DNA of 54,371 nucleotides. Origin: Candidatus Bathyarchaeota archaeon. Its GTDB lineage: Archaea > Thermoproteota > Bathyarchaeia > Bathyarchaeales > DTEX01. The first letter of the stretch is position 1; every line of letters starts with the position of its first letter. Location: NCBI GenBank assembly GCA_018397055.1, contig JAGTQS010000001.1, forward strand, positions 1 to 54,371, read 5' to 3'. Shown in pieces: positions 45,078 through 53,989 of this stretch. Below the pieces are notes generated by a model. It had not been told where the DNA came from. It saw nothing but the letters and a program-made list of their open reading frames with translations, and made no database searches. The position numbers were made by a program, and so were the translations under genes.

Positions 45078-46322
45078 ATGGATAAAATTAAGGACGCTCA
45101 GAGGTACGCTCATCTTAGAAACCACTACAAGGGCTTAACCATAATTCAAGCGATAATGACTGGAGGTGTGGTTCCAGAAGAAGTGCAAAAAAGGCTTTTT
45201 GAGGAAGGCTGGACCAGAACCGGATACACGTTATGTTTCGACTGCATGAAGGGAAGGTCAGACCTGATTGCTAAACCACCAGTTGACACATTCCTTGAGG
45301 ACATCGCATCTTTCTTCGGTGGAGAACAGGCGCAGCATACCTTTGGGTGCCGAGCTGCCCAGTTCGCCGTCATGAAAACCGCAAGTGAGATGGTCAAAGA
45401 GTATGACACAAACAAATTTGCGCCTGTGGTTCTGGCTGACCCGCTTTGCCATTACACAACTGCTTTGGCAGCGGAGGCAGCTGGCTTACAGCTTACAGAG
45501 CCCCCGCATACAGGTCACCCTGAATATAAGGTTGAGGCCGAGGGTTTCCGACAAAAAATTGAGGAAATTAAGCGGAAAACTGGAAAACTTCCTTGTCTCG
45601 TAATTGTCACTCACGTGGATCCATACCATGGCAACGTTGGTCCTGCAGAGAAAGTTGGCGGGATCGCTGAGGAATACGGAGTTCCTTACATGGTTAACGC
45701 CGCGTACACTGCTGGAGTCATGCCCGTTGACATGAGAGACTTCAAAGCGGATTTTCTCACTGTTTCGGCGCACAAGTCGATGGCCTCGCTTGGTCCTTTG
45801 GGTTTTCTTGTGACAAGAGGCGAGTGGACAGAGAAGGCCTTCAGATGCTCAAAGATTGTCGCTGAAGGAACAGGTAGAACGTGGAAAAACAAGATCCTAA
45901 ACGTTTTTGGATGTAGCATAGGCGGAGTTCCTCTGATTTCGTCGATGTACGCTTTCCCATACGTGTTGGAACGCGTAGAAAAATGGGAGACGGAACTTGA
46001 AAAGACACGTTGGTTCATCCAGCAGATGGAGAAGATGGAAGGTGTCAGGCTGATAGGCGAAAGACCACATAGGCATCACCTTATGCATTTTGAGACACCA
46101 ATCTTCTGGGAAATCTCGCGGCGCCACAAGAGAAAGGGCTTCTTTCTGGCTGACGAAATGGTTAACCGCGGCATAGTTGGGTTGCAGCGAGGCTTAACAA
46201 AGAACATTAAGCTTTCCTTGTACGGACTTGGATGGGACGACGTGAAAAAGGTTAGGGACAACTTCCACGAAGTTGCTGAAAGATACGTCAAGGAATTCAA
46301 GCTAGATTATAATGTGCCCTAA
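45078..46322 (+). CDS. pscS: O-phospho-L-seryl-tRNA(Cys):Cys-tRNA synthase (SepCysS), PLP-dependent
   Basis: CFDC pair, PHTGHPEYKV, PLP-lysine motif SAHKSMAS, third Cys in VFGCSIGG and ERVEKWETELEKTRWF all match my recollection of archaeal SepCysS. ATG at 45078; the track ORF runs back through the tRNA. Confidence 0.8.
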   Translation: MDKIKDAQRYAHLRNHYKGLTIIQAIMTGGVVPEEVQKRLFEEGWTRTGYTLCFDCMKGRSDLIAKPPVDTFLEDIASFFGGEQAQHTFGCRAAQFAVMKTASEMVKEYDTNKFAPVVLADPLCHYTTALAAEAAGLQLTEPPHTGHPEYKVEAEGFRQKIEEIKRKTGKLPCLVIVTHVDPYHGNVGPAEKVGGIAEEYGVPYMVNAAYTAGVMPVDMRDFKADFLTVSAHKSMASLGPLGFLVTRGEWTEKAFRCSKIVAEGTGRTWKNKILNVFGCSIGGVPLISSMYAFPYVLERVEKWETELEKTRWFIQQMEKMEGVRLIGERPHRHHLMHFETPIFWEISRRHKRKGFFLADEMVNRGIVGLQRGLTKNIKLSLYGLGWDDVKKVRDNFHEVAERYVKEFKLDYNVP

Positions 46323-46421
46323 AACCTTGAGGATGCATCAAAAAATTCGAAAAAACGTTTTGGACAAAAACTTTTGAGAAAACAGGGGCTTGTTCTAAAC
46401 ATAACTATGTTCTAGTCATGT

Positions 46422-46583
46422 TTAATATCGTCTAAAGGACCTTCGTCTCGGCGGTCTCTTCTTGGCCCAACATTCTCGGCAGTATACCGGTCTGTTTGGG
46501 TCGGGTTTGAAGGGAACTTCGCATTCCTTGCCGCATTCAGAACAAACCGCCTTGAACATCTCGCGCTCTGGGTGTTCTGCCAT
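46422..46583 (-). CDS. CxxC-x17-CxxC zinc-ribbon small protein (53 aa; absent from the ORF track)
   Basis: I translated it by hand: MAEHPEREMFKAVCSECGKECEVPFKPDPNRPVYCRECWAKKRPPRRRSFRRY*. It shows the CxxC-x17-CxxC spacing and a basic tail. Confidence 0.7.
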   Translation of the reverse strand: MAEHPEREMFKAVCSECGKECEVPFKPDPNRPVYCRECWAKKRPPRRRSFRRY

Positions 46584-46722
46584 GCTACTTTTCACACTCC
46601 TTTACTTTATTTGGCAAATAAAACCAAGCCTATCACGGGAGGCATTTGGTCTTTGCGCTGATGCCTAAGTTAGAACGGGCTTGCCTATAATACTTTCTAT
46701 TCATATCGGTTTGTACGTAAGG

Positions 46723-46730
46723 TTTTTATG
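46723..46730 (+). promoter_or_regulatory. TATA-like box TTTTTATG upstream of the C/D sRNA
   Basis: Centred about 21-25 nt upstream of the sRNA terminal stem. Confidence 0.3.
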
Positions 46731-46746
46731 CCCTTGGATATACCGT

Positions 46747-46814
46747 ATTGTTACGTGATGATGGACACCATTCTGAGCTTACGTAATGATGAGATGGAGC
46801 GACACTGAAACAAT
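46747..46814 (+). ncRNA. C/D box sRNA (2'-O-methylation guide)
   Basis: Terminal stem ATTGTT (46747-52) / AACAAT (46809-14). C box GTGATGA (46755-61), 11-nt guide, D' CTGA (46773-76), 9-nt loop, C' ATGATGA (46786-92), 12-nt guide, D CTGA (46805-08). Confidence 0.75.
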
Positions 46815-46941
46815 CCATCATCAAAAACGAATTTTTACAAGCCGTAACTAGCCTGAAAAGTACTTTAGGCTGATTCTGCAATGTTTATGTTTTCATTGTT
46901 ATGTTGTCTGTTTCTTTCTTTTTCGGGGTTCTTTTTCGCCT

Positions 46942-47436
46942 TTAATTTATCAGAAACTTTTGATAGTTTTCAACAAAAAATTTTCTTCCTTTCCGTTCTA
47001 CTTTAAATCCTTCGTTTTCTAACATCTCTTTCTGAGCTTCTGCACCGCCTGGAAACTTTTCGTTTAGAGACCCATCTGCCTTTAAGGTCCGCCAATAAGG
47101 AACATCGAGGTCTTTACCTTGTCTACGTGCTTCTTCAGCTGCATTAGCTGCTACCATGATGAAGATTCCTGTTGTAAGTGAACAGCAGCCTTTAACATTG
47201 TGATTCTGGGCGATCTTCTTGCAGATTTTAATTATGGTCGCTAGCTTTCCTTTTGGCACGTTCTTCATTACTTCAATAACTTCGCTGGGATTCACGAGGA
47301 TCACTTCATCGCCGGGTTCAGCTCCCATTTTGTGAACAGCATTGTAGCATGGAAACCTTTTCTCCAATTTCAGTATTTTTGGAAAACCTTTCTTGTCTGC
47401 CAGTTTCTCTTGCCAAGACTTTCTTTTATAACCCAT
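46942..47436 (-). CDS. MGMT-family DNA-binding domain protein lacking the catalytic Cys (alkyltransferase-like)
   Basis: VPYWRTLKADGSLN...GG...Q..ML..EGF aligns to the PCHRV region of O6-alkylguanine transferases, with the Cys replaced. Confidence 0.5.
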   Translation of the reverse strand: MGYKRKSWQEKLADKKGFPKILKLEKRFPCYNAVHKMGAEPGDEVILVNPSEVIEVMKNVPKGKLATIIKICKKIAQNHNVKGCCSLTTGIFIMVAANAAEEARRQGKDLDVPYWRTLKADGSLNEKFPGGAEAQKEMLENEGFKVERKGRKFFVENYQKFLIN

Positions 47437-47533
47437 AAAGACACTTCCATCTTGTAACCATTCTTTATTGTTTGCCTGTGTTTATAGTTTGCCACGCTTT
47501 TCATGTTCAGTAAAATGGTTTCTGTTAATACTC

Positions 47534-48841
47534 TCAACCAGTTGCTCTTTGGTTTATTAAATATTGATTTTTTGTTGCGGCAAGTAGCATGAATAATGAA
47601 ACTGCCAATGTTGCAGACACCAACATGAACGGTACTCTTGGATTTATGCTGAACAAGTAACCCATCAGTGCAGGAGCTGGTAAGCTCAGAAGAGACGAGA
47701 GCGTAATTGTTATGGACAGTATTTTTGCTCTTGCTCTTGTGTCAGCAAATTCTATTTCGTTTGTCAGGAAGGTGCGGGACACAGAGAAAGATGTTGAAGT
47801 GTAGACACCTAAGACCACGCCAGAAAGCACAGCAATTAACAAGCTTCCAGTAGGTGATAAAGAAAGCAAAAGAAGGGACACACACCCAAGTCCGTAGCCT
47901 ATGGCTAAAATCTTAATGTAACTGGCTTTGGACGAGAGCTTAGGAACTACGAGTGAAGCAATTATGAGAGCTGACGTGGCAGTTGCCGTAGGCACAAGCG
48001 AGGCCAGTTCGCTACTAAGCCTTAAGCCGTTATCATGAGTTAAAAACAAAGAAAGATACGTTGTAGACGCATAATAGAAGCTCCCAAGGACAGATGTCAA
48101 CAGCAAAACCAGAATTAGGCGGTTCCTCCGCATCACAAATAAAGACTCCTTGTATCCCTTTAGCCCCGCGAAGCTTTTTTCTTTCATGATTTGTTGCCCC
48201 AGTTTGGTTTCTTTAAGGAGCACCTGCCTAATCGTGAACATCAGTGTCATAGAAGCAAAAGATACTGCAAACAGCATCCGAGTTCCAGAGTCAATTCCAT
48301 ACAACCCAATTATGATGCCGGCTAGAGGAGTTGAGAGGTAGCCAATGTTAAAGATCGCCGAGACGGTTCCGTAGATGCTTGATCTGTATTCAGGCGTTGT
48401 GTCTTCAACAAGCATGCACTCCCATACTGAGTAAACTACTGAACCTAAACCTTCCAGAATGTACGCTGTTAAGGCGTGCCAAACATTTTGTGTCCAGTGC
48501 CAAACAATTAGTGACGAAAGCCAAGAGAAGCTGTCGAAAAACATGAAGACCCTCTTTCTCCCAAACTTGTCAGCCGAATATCCACCCACTAAGGGCGAAA
48601 CAATCATGGATACGGATAAAATCGTTGATAAAAGACCAATTTGAACCTCAGAAAGCCCGATTGCTTGGTTTAGAAAAATTGGTCGGTAAAAGAAGACCCA
48701 GCTCATCGGTATGCTCCAGAATCCTTCGGTGGCAACAAGAACCTTAGCGTTTCTTCCCCATTGAGAGAATCCCTTAGCTAAGCCATTGTGAAACATCGCT
48801 GAAAGCTGCTGCTTAACCTGTGTCAACAGCGACCTCCTCAA
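47534..48841 (-). CDS. MFS transporter
   Basis: About 12 TM segments and MFS motif A GGYSADKFGRKRV. The start may be TTG at 48826, after GGAGG. Confidence 0.8.
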   Translation of the reverse strand: MRRSLLTQVKQQLSAMFHNGLAKGFSQWGRNAKVLVATEGFWSIPMSWVFFYRPIFLNQAIGLSEVQIGLLSTILSVSMIVSPLVGGYSADKFGRKRVFMFFDSFSWLSSLIVWHWTQNVWHALTAYILEGLGSVVYSVWECMLVEDTTPEYRSSIYGTVSAIFNIGYLSTPLAGIIIGLYGIDSGTRMLFAVSFASMTLMFTIRQVLLKETKLGQQIMKEKSFAGLKGYKESLFVMRRNRLILVLLLTSVLGSFYYASTTYLSLFLTHDNGLRLSSELASLVPTATATSALIIASLVVPKLSSKASYIKILAIGYGLGCVSLLLLSLSPTGSLLIAVLSGVVLGVYTSTSFSVSRTFLTNEIEFADTRARAKILSITITLSSLLSLPAPALMGYLFSINPRVPFMLVSATLAVSLFMLLAATKNQYLINQRATG

Positions 48842-49234
48842 ATTTTCCGGCTTGAAAGATTGTTATTTCAGAGAAGGCGAACCTATTATTCCTTTCCAAA
48901 TTTTAACAAGATGTCGGGCTGTTTGGAATCGTCTTCTCTAAGGTTTTATCTTGAGTTCTTTTTTACGTCATCTTCCACGCTCAACTTTTGTGTTTCTTTC
49001 TTTTCCACTTTAACAACGAGTCTGAGTCTCTAAATGCAAGCGTAGGCAAAAGATGCGACAAAAAATGCTCTAAAGTCATTCTTCTAATTTTTCCTTTGGG
49101 TGCTGTTTACATTTATACTTCATTATCTTAATGTGGATCTATACTCGACTACTCTTGAACGTAAGTATAGACAACGTAGCCGCTGTTCACTTACCAATTT
49201 ACACCTTTATCATGGCGTAAAATGTTAATGAATC

Positions 49235-50311
49235 TCAGATTTCGCCTTTCTCAATCATTTCAGCCAAAGGGTATCCCTTGACGGACAAGGGTAAAAACAC
49301 TTTTGCCCTTCTCCTCGCGGACTCGTGGATTGCCATGATTATTTCAAGAGCTGCCCTTCCTTGTTGACCGCTACTTGGATGTTCACTGTTTCTTTCGATG
49401 CTTTCAATTAAAGCCACTATTTGCGTGGCAAACGGGTCTATTGTGCCTTTAAGTTGCGGAACTTTCCAGTCTACGTCGCCTTTGCCTTTGTATCTTAACC
49501 TAGGATTTTCTCTTTCGCCAACGTCAATTCTGCCTTCTGAACCGTGCACGTAGACCGTCGTGTATTTAGCTCCTCTTCTCCACCACATAGTAGATTGAGG
49601 CAACAAAGCAGAAGAATCAGCCTGAACGGCGTTACTTTGTTGTTTCCCGTAAGGTAACCCGATTTCAAGGAAGGCTCTTACGCCGTTTTCGAACTCGAAG
49701 TAGCTTATGGAGGAGTCCTCAATGTAGTGGCCGTATCTTGTCCGTTTTCCTCTGGCGTCAACTTGGCCAACAACCCAGTTTACAGGCACGTCGCCAGCGT
49801 AGAACCGAATCATGTCAATTATGTGGGTACCGTCTGAAAGAAGGTCTCCAACAGTTACGCCGTGAATAAAGTAAACCTCACCTATTGCGCCTGAAAGAAT
49901 CAGTTTACGAGCTTCGGCGTAAGGCTCAGAGAAACGACGCATGTGCCCAATAGCAAGTTTCACGCCGTGCTCATCGCACGCCTCAATCATTGCGTCAGCC
50001 TCAGCAAGGTTCACCGCCATCGGTTTCTCGCACAGAATCCCCCTGACGCCTGATTTGGCTGAGTTGATTGTCATTTCTGCGTGCAACGGAGGCCAAGTGC
50101 AGATGCTTACAATGTCCAAGTCCTCTTTCTCAAGCATCACCTTATAGTTAGTGTACAAGTTCTGTATGCCGTAGTTTTTTTGGAAAAGCGCCAGCTGCTC
50201 TTTGCTGATGTCAGCTGCAGCTGTTATTTCTATTCCTAATGCTTTGTAGCCTTTTGCGTGTGCGTTAGCGATACTTCCGCAACCAATAATTCCAGCCTTA
50301 TAGGATTTCAT
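49235..50311 (-). CDS. Gfo/Idh/MocA family oxidoreductase
   Basis: MKSYKAGIIGCGSIANAHA start at ATG 50311 and the LCEKPMA motif. The track ORF's 81-codon 5' extension overlaps tgtA and looks non-coding. Confidence 0.85.
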   Translation of the reverse strand: MKSYKAGIIGCGSIANAHAKGYKALGIEITAAADISKEQLALFQKNYGIQNLYTNYKVMLEKEDLDIVSICTWPPLHAEMTINSAKSGVRGILCEKPMAVNLAEADAMIEACDEHGVKLAIGHMRRFSEPYAEARKLILSGAIGEVYFIHGVTVGDLLSDGTHIIDMIRFYAGDVPVNWVVGQVDARGKRTRYGHYIEDSSISYFEFENGVRAFLEIGLPYGKQQSNAVQADSSALLPQSTMWWRRGAKYTTVYVHGSEGRIDVGERENPRLRYKGKGDVDWKVPQLKGTIDPFATQIVALIESIERNSEHPSSGQQGRAALEIIMAIHESARRRAKVFLPLSVKGYPLAEMIEKGEI

Positions 50312-50387
50312 CTTGCATCGTAAAACATACATCAATGTTCCATAAGAATTTATTCTAAAATCCCCTAAAAGCAGGCTTGTGCAAAAC

Positions 50388-51950
50388 ATGGCTGAGTTCG
50401 AGATTCGTGACAAAGACCTTTTGGCAAGAATTGGAAAACTTAAAACGAAGAGCGGAAGCTTCGAGACTCCAGCTTTCATGCCCGTTATTAACATGGCAAG
50501 ACAGTCCGTGGCTCCAAAGGAACTTTGGAATGATTTCGGCTGCAGGATACTCATAACAAACGCTTACCTAATCAAGAAGCAAAGCGAAGAAACAGCCAAG
50601 AAAAATGGGGTTCACAGGTTCCTCGACTTCCCAGGCGTTGTCATGACGGACTCAGGCGCCTACCAGATTCTCGCATACGGCAATGTGGAGGTTACTCCAG
50701 CAGAGATTGTGAGGTTTCAGGAAGAAATTGGTACAGACATTGCAACAATTCTCGATGTACCAACAGGATGGAAGGTTATAAAACAAAAGGCAGAAGCCAC
50801 GGTTGAGGAAACCCTGAAAAGAGCTGAGGAGCTGGAAGCCCAAAAAACCCGTCAAGACCTACTTTGGGTCGGCCCCGTTCAGGGCGGCCGCTTTTTGGAC
50901 CTTGTAGCTAAGTCCGCGAAACAGATGGGCAAGCTTGCGTTTGACATTCACGCTCTTGGAAGCCCAACGCCTGTAATGGAGCAGTACCTTTTCAGCCTGC
51001 TTGTAGACATGGTTTTAACGGCAAAAATGAATCTTCCTCCTGAGCGGCCTTTTCATCTTTTTGGCGCAGGTCACCCGTTTATGTTCTCTTTAGCTGTTGC
51101 TCTTGGATGCGACCTTTTCGACTCTGCAGCATACAGCCTTTTCGCCCAAGACGACCGTTACCTTACCAGCTCTGGAACTGTTCATTTAGAGGACATCAAA
51201 TATTTTCCATGTTCGTGTCCTATATGCGCAAAAAGAGATCCCAAAGATCTGTTGGAAATGCCAAAGTCTGAACGTGAAAAAGAACTAAGCAGGCATAACC
51301 TTTATGTTTGCTTTTCAGAAATGAGGCGGATTAAGCAGGCAATCGTCGAGGGAAGGCTTTGGGAACACGTGGAGATGCAGGCTCACAGCCACCCGTCTCT
51401 TCTGCAAGCCTTGAAAAGTTTGAGGAAATACGCAGACTATATTGAAAAGCACAGCCCAGTTACAAAGAGAAGTGGACTCTTCTATTTCACATCATTGGGG
51501 CTCGCAAGACCAGAGGTTATCCGACATGGAAAAAGGCTTCTAGAAAGGTACACCCCGCCTAGTGGAGCAAAAATTCTTGTCCTAGTTCCAGATTATAGAA
51601 GCAAACAGGTTCAAAGGGGCAAACAAGTTAAAAAAGCCTTATCCTTAGTCCGCGAGAAACTTGGTGTAAGCGAATCTGAGGTTCATCTGTGCGTCTATAC
51701 TCCTCCTTTCGGCGTTGTTCCGTCTGAGTTAAAAGGCGTTTACCCTCTTTCCCAAAACGAATGTGCCTTTCCACCTGACTTTGAAACAGTTGAATACGTC
51801 GCTGAACGAGTCGCAGAATACGTTAAAGCAGTGGGCTACGAGAAAACAGTAATGCTGGCTGAACATGGCACGTGGCAAGAGAAGGTAGCTGAGATGTCTA
51901 AACTTCTATGCGCCCAAAAGGAGAAAACTCTTGAACTGATTTACACATAG
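50388..51950 (+). CDS. tgtA: tRNA-guanine(15) transglycosylase (archaeosine TGT), apparently without a C-terminal PUA domain
   Basis: FEIRDKDLLARIGKL..TPAFMPV, VMTDSGAYQ, LFGAGHP, and zinc site CSCPIC...H. Confidence 0.8.
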   Translation: MAEFEIRDKDLLARIGKLKTKSGSFETPAFMPVINMARQSVAPKELWNDFGCRILITNAYLIKKQSEETAKKNGVHRFLDFPGVVMTDSGAYQILAYGNVEVTPAEIVRFQEEIGTDIATILDVPTGWKVIKQKAEATVEETLKRAEELEAQKTRQDLLWVGPVQGGRFLDLVAKSAKQMGKLAFDIHALGSPTPVMEQYLFSLLVDMVLTAKMNLPPERPFHLFGAGHPFMFSLAVALGCDLFDSAAYSLFAQDDRYLTSSGTVHLEDIKYFPCSCPICAKRDPKDLLEMPKSEREKELSRHNLYVCFSEMRRIKQAIVEGRLWEHVEMQAHSHPSLLQALKSLRKYADYIEKHSPVTKRSGLFYFTSLGLARPEVIRHGKRLLERYTPPSGAKILVLVPDYRSKQVQRGKQVKKALSLVREKLGVSESEVHLCVYTPPFGVVPSELKGVYPLSQNECAFPPDFETVEYVAERVAEYVKAVGYEKTVMLAEHGTWQEKVAEMSKLLCAQKEKTLELIYT

Positions 51951-52140
51951 GCGTTATGTAACAAACTTGCCGGCTATTGCCACACACACTTGGCTGAATA
52001 CTTGGAAGTCCGCAGACCGTGAATTCGTGAAAAAAGGAACCCAATAAAATAATGTTTATTAATGCTATTGTGCATCTATACGAAGGTTCATGACAAAAAT
52101 TTTAACATATTTAGTGCATAATTGATGTTTACAGAATTGG

Positions 52141-53415
52141 ATGGTGAAGACGTTTACGTTGGAAATTAAATTTTTAGGTAGCGCCAGAGAAGTAGGGAGA
52201 GCTGCCATTTCAGTCAAAACGAAGAATACTCACGTGTTGTTGGATTATGGAGTCATGCTCAATCATACACCCGGGTTTCCGATGCATGTTCCGCCCAAAG
52301 AGGTTGACGCTGTTATCATAACACACAGCCACCTCGACCATTCAGGAGCAGTTCCCATTTTTCACATTCAAGAAAGAAACCCCGTTTATGGGACAAGAAT
52401 GACCTTTGACTTTGCGAACATCCTGATTAAGGACTTCATTAACCTTTCAAGTTATTACCTTCCATTTGAGTTTCTTGAGCTGCGTTCGATGATGCGTAGC
52501 CGAAAAGAACTCTGGTTTCGAGAGAACACAGCCATCGGAGACTTGAATGTTCAGCTCCTGAATTCTGGGCACCTTCCAGGCGGAGCCCAAGTTTTAGTTG
52601 AGTCGGATGATAAAAGGCTTCTGTACACAAGCGACTTCAACACAATTGAAACAAGGCTTCTTGCACCTGCCGACCAGGATTACGGAGAGCTTGACGCTGT
52701 GATTATAGAAAGCACCTACGCCAACGAGGAACACACGCCGAGGAAAGAACTTGAAGAAAGATTTGTGGCAGAAGTGACCGCCATTGTTGAGAAAGGTGGC
52801 ACAGTGTTGGTTCCAGCCTTCAGTGTTGGCAGAGCTCAAGAAATAGCCTGCGTACTAGAAGCGTACCATTTCGAGTATCCCATTATGATTGACGGTATGG
52901 CTCGAGAGGCAAGCCGAATTTTGATGGAACACCCAGAATTCGTTAGGGACAAACGGTTATTTGTTGATGCAATTCACGAAACCAATTGGGTTGAAAGCTG
53001 GAGAGACCGAAGATTAGCGTCGAAGAAGCCTGGAGTCATAATTTCTCCAGCTGGAATGCTGAAGGGCGGCCCGGCAGGCTCATACTTGCAGATGATCGGT
53101 AAAAAGACTGGAAACGCGATTTTTCTCGTCGGTTATCAGATTCCAGGAACACCTGGGAAAGAGTTGCTTGAGAAGGGCAGATGCGTCATCGATGGTCGAA
53201 TGCGGAAGGTCAAAGCAAAAGTTGGTTTCTTCGATTTCAGCAGCCATGCTGGGGCAACGGAGCTCCGCGAAACCGTGAAGAAATTTAAAGGCAATCCAAC
53301 AGTCTACGTAGTTCATGGCGCAGAAGGCAACTGCCCTAAGTTGGCAAAATGGATTAAAGAAGAAATTGGTTTGCAATCTTTTGCGCCAAACACTGGCGAC
53401 ACTTTCACTGTCTAA
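52141..53415 (+). CDS. beta-CASP / metallo-beta-lactamase ribonuclease without KH domains (aCPSF2-like)
   Basis: HSHLDHSG motif and beta-CASP region; 424 aa. Confidence 0.8.
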   Translation: MVKTFTLEIKFLGSAREVGRAAISVKTKNTHVLLDYGVMLNHTPGFPMHVPPKEVDAVIITHSHLDHSGAVPIFHIQERNPVYGTRMTFDFANILIKDFINLSSYYLPFEFLELRSMMRSRKELWFRENTAIGDLNVQLLNSGHLPGGAQVLVESDDKRLLYTSDFNTIETRLLAPADQDYGELDAVIIESTYANEEHTPRKELEERFVAEVTAIVEKGGTVLVPAFSVGRAQEIACVLEAYHFEYPIMIDGMAREASRILMEHPEFVRDKRLFVDAIHETNWVESWRDRRLASKKPGVIISPAGMLKGGPAGSYLQMIGKKTGNAIFLVGYQIPGTPGKELLEKGRCVIDGRMRKVKAKVGFFDFSSHAGATELRETVKKFKGNPTVYVVHGAEGNCPKLAKWIKEEIGLQSFAPNTGDTFTV

Positions 53416-53446
53416 TAAAGAATAGGAAATTGACAGTTGATTGCGG

Positions 53447-53989
53447 ATGAAAATTTCAGTTCTTCCAATAGGCGAAATTGAAGAGAATGTCCTAAAAACG
53501 TTACAAGACAGATTAATTAAGGTCTTTTCCGGCAGCACCTGTAAGATTTTGCCTAACTTGGCTGTGCCAAGGGAATCCTATAACATAGTGAGGCGTCAGT
53601 ACAACTCAACCTTGATTTTGCATAAGATCCTGAGGTTTGCTGATTCATTTGGGACGTTTAGAAGCAGAGAATACCGTGCCTTAGGAGTAGCCGACGTTGA
53701 CCTATATGCGGAAGGCTTAAACTTCGTTTTCGGCGAGGCTCAATGTCCAGGAAAAGCAGCTGTCATTTCGCTTTATCGTTTAAGGCCGGAATTCTATGGA
53801 GCGCCAAAGGACGAGGGGCTTTTTCTCGAAAGGGCTGTTAAGGAAGCAGTTCACGAGTTAGGGCACACGCTTGGACTAAGACACTGCACAAACCCTCTTT
53901 GTGTGATGCATTTCAGCCTCCACATAGGCATGACAGACCGAAAACAGGCGGAATTCTGTAGCTCATGTAAGATGAATGTTAGGAACTAA
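53447..53989 (+). CDS. amzA: Archaemetzincin (zinc metalloprotease)
   Basis: HELGHTLGLRHC followed by CVM and a C-terminal CxxC (CSSC). Confidence 0.85.
   Translation: MKISVLPIGEIEENVLKTLQDRLIKVFSGSTCKILPNLAVPRESYNIVRRQYNSTLILHKILRFADSFGTFRSREYRALGVADVDLYAEGLNFVFGEAQCPGKAAVISLYRLRPEFYGAPKDEGLFLERAVKEAVHELGHTLGLRHCTNPLCVMHFSLHIGMTDRKQAEFCSSCKMNVRN

Noticed and set aside
46462-46668. 68-aa + strand ORF
   Set aside because: It is antisense to the much more convincing CxxC-x17-CxxC minus-strand gene (46422-46583).
46755-46823. Possible minus-strand C/D sRNA, or alternative pairing of TGATGATGG (46757-46765) with CCATCATCA (46815-46823)
   Set aside because: The minus strand has a TGATGA but no CTGA boxes at the required spacing. 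The plus-strand model satisfies every element, so the downstream complementarity is at most an alternative fold.
50312-50554. 81-codon N-terminal extension of the third Gfo/Idh/MocA ORF
   Set aside because: The family's Rossmann start (MKSYKAGIIGCG) begins at ATG 50311. The extension overlaps the divergent tgtA coding region and its promoter.
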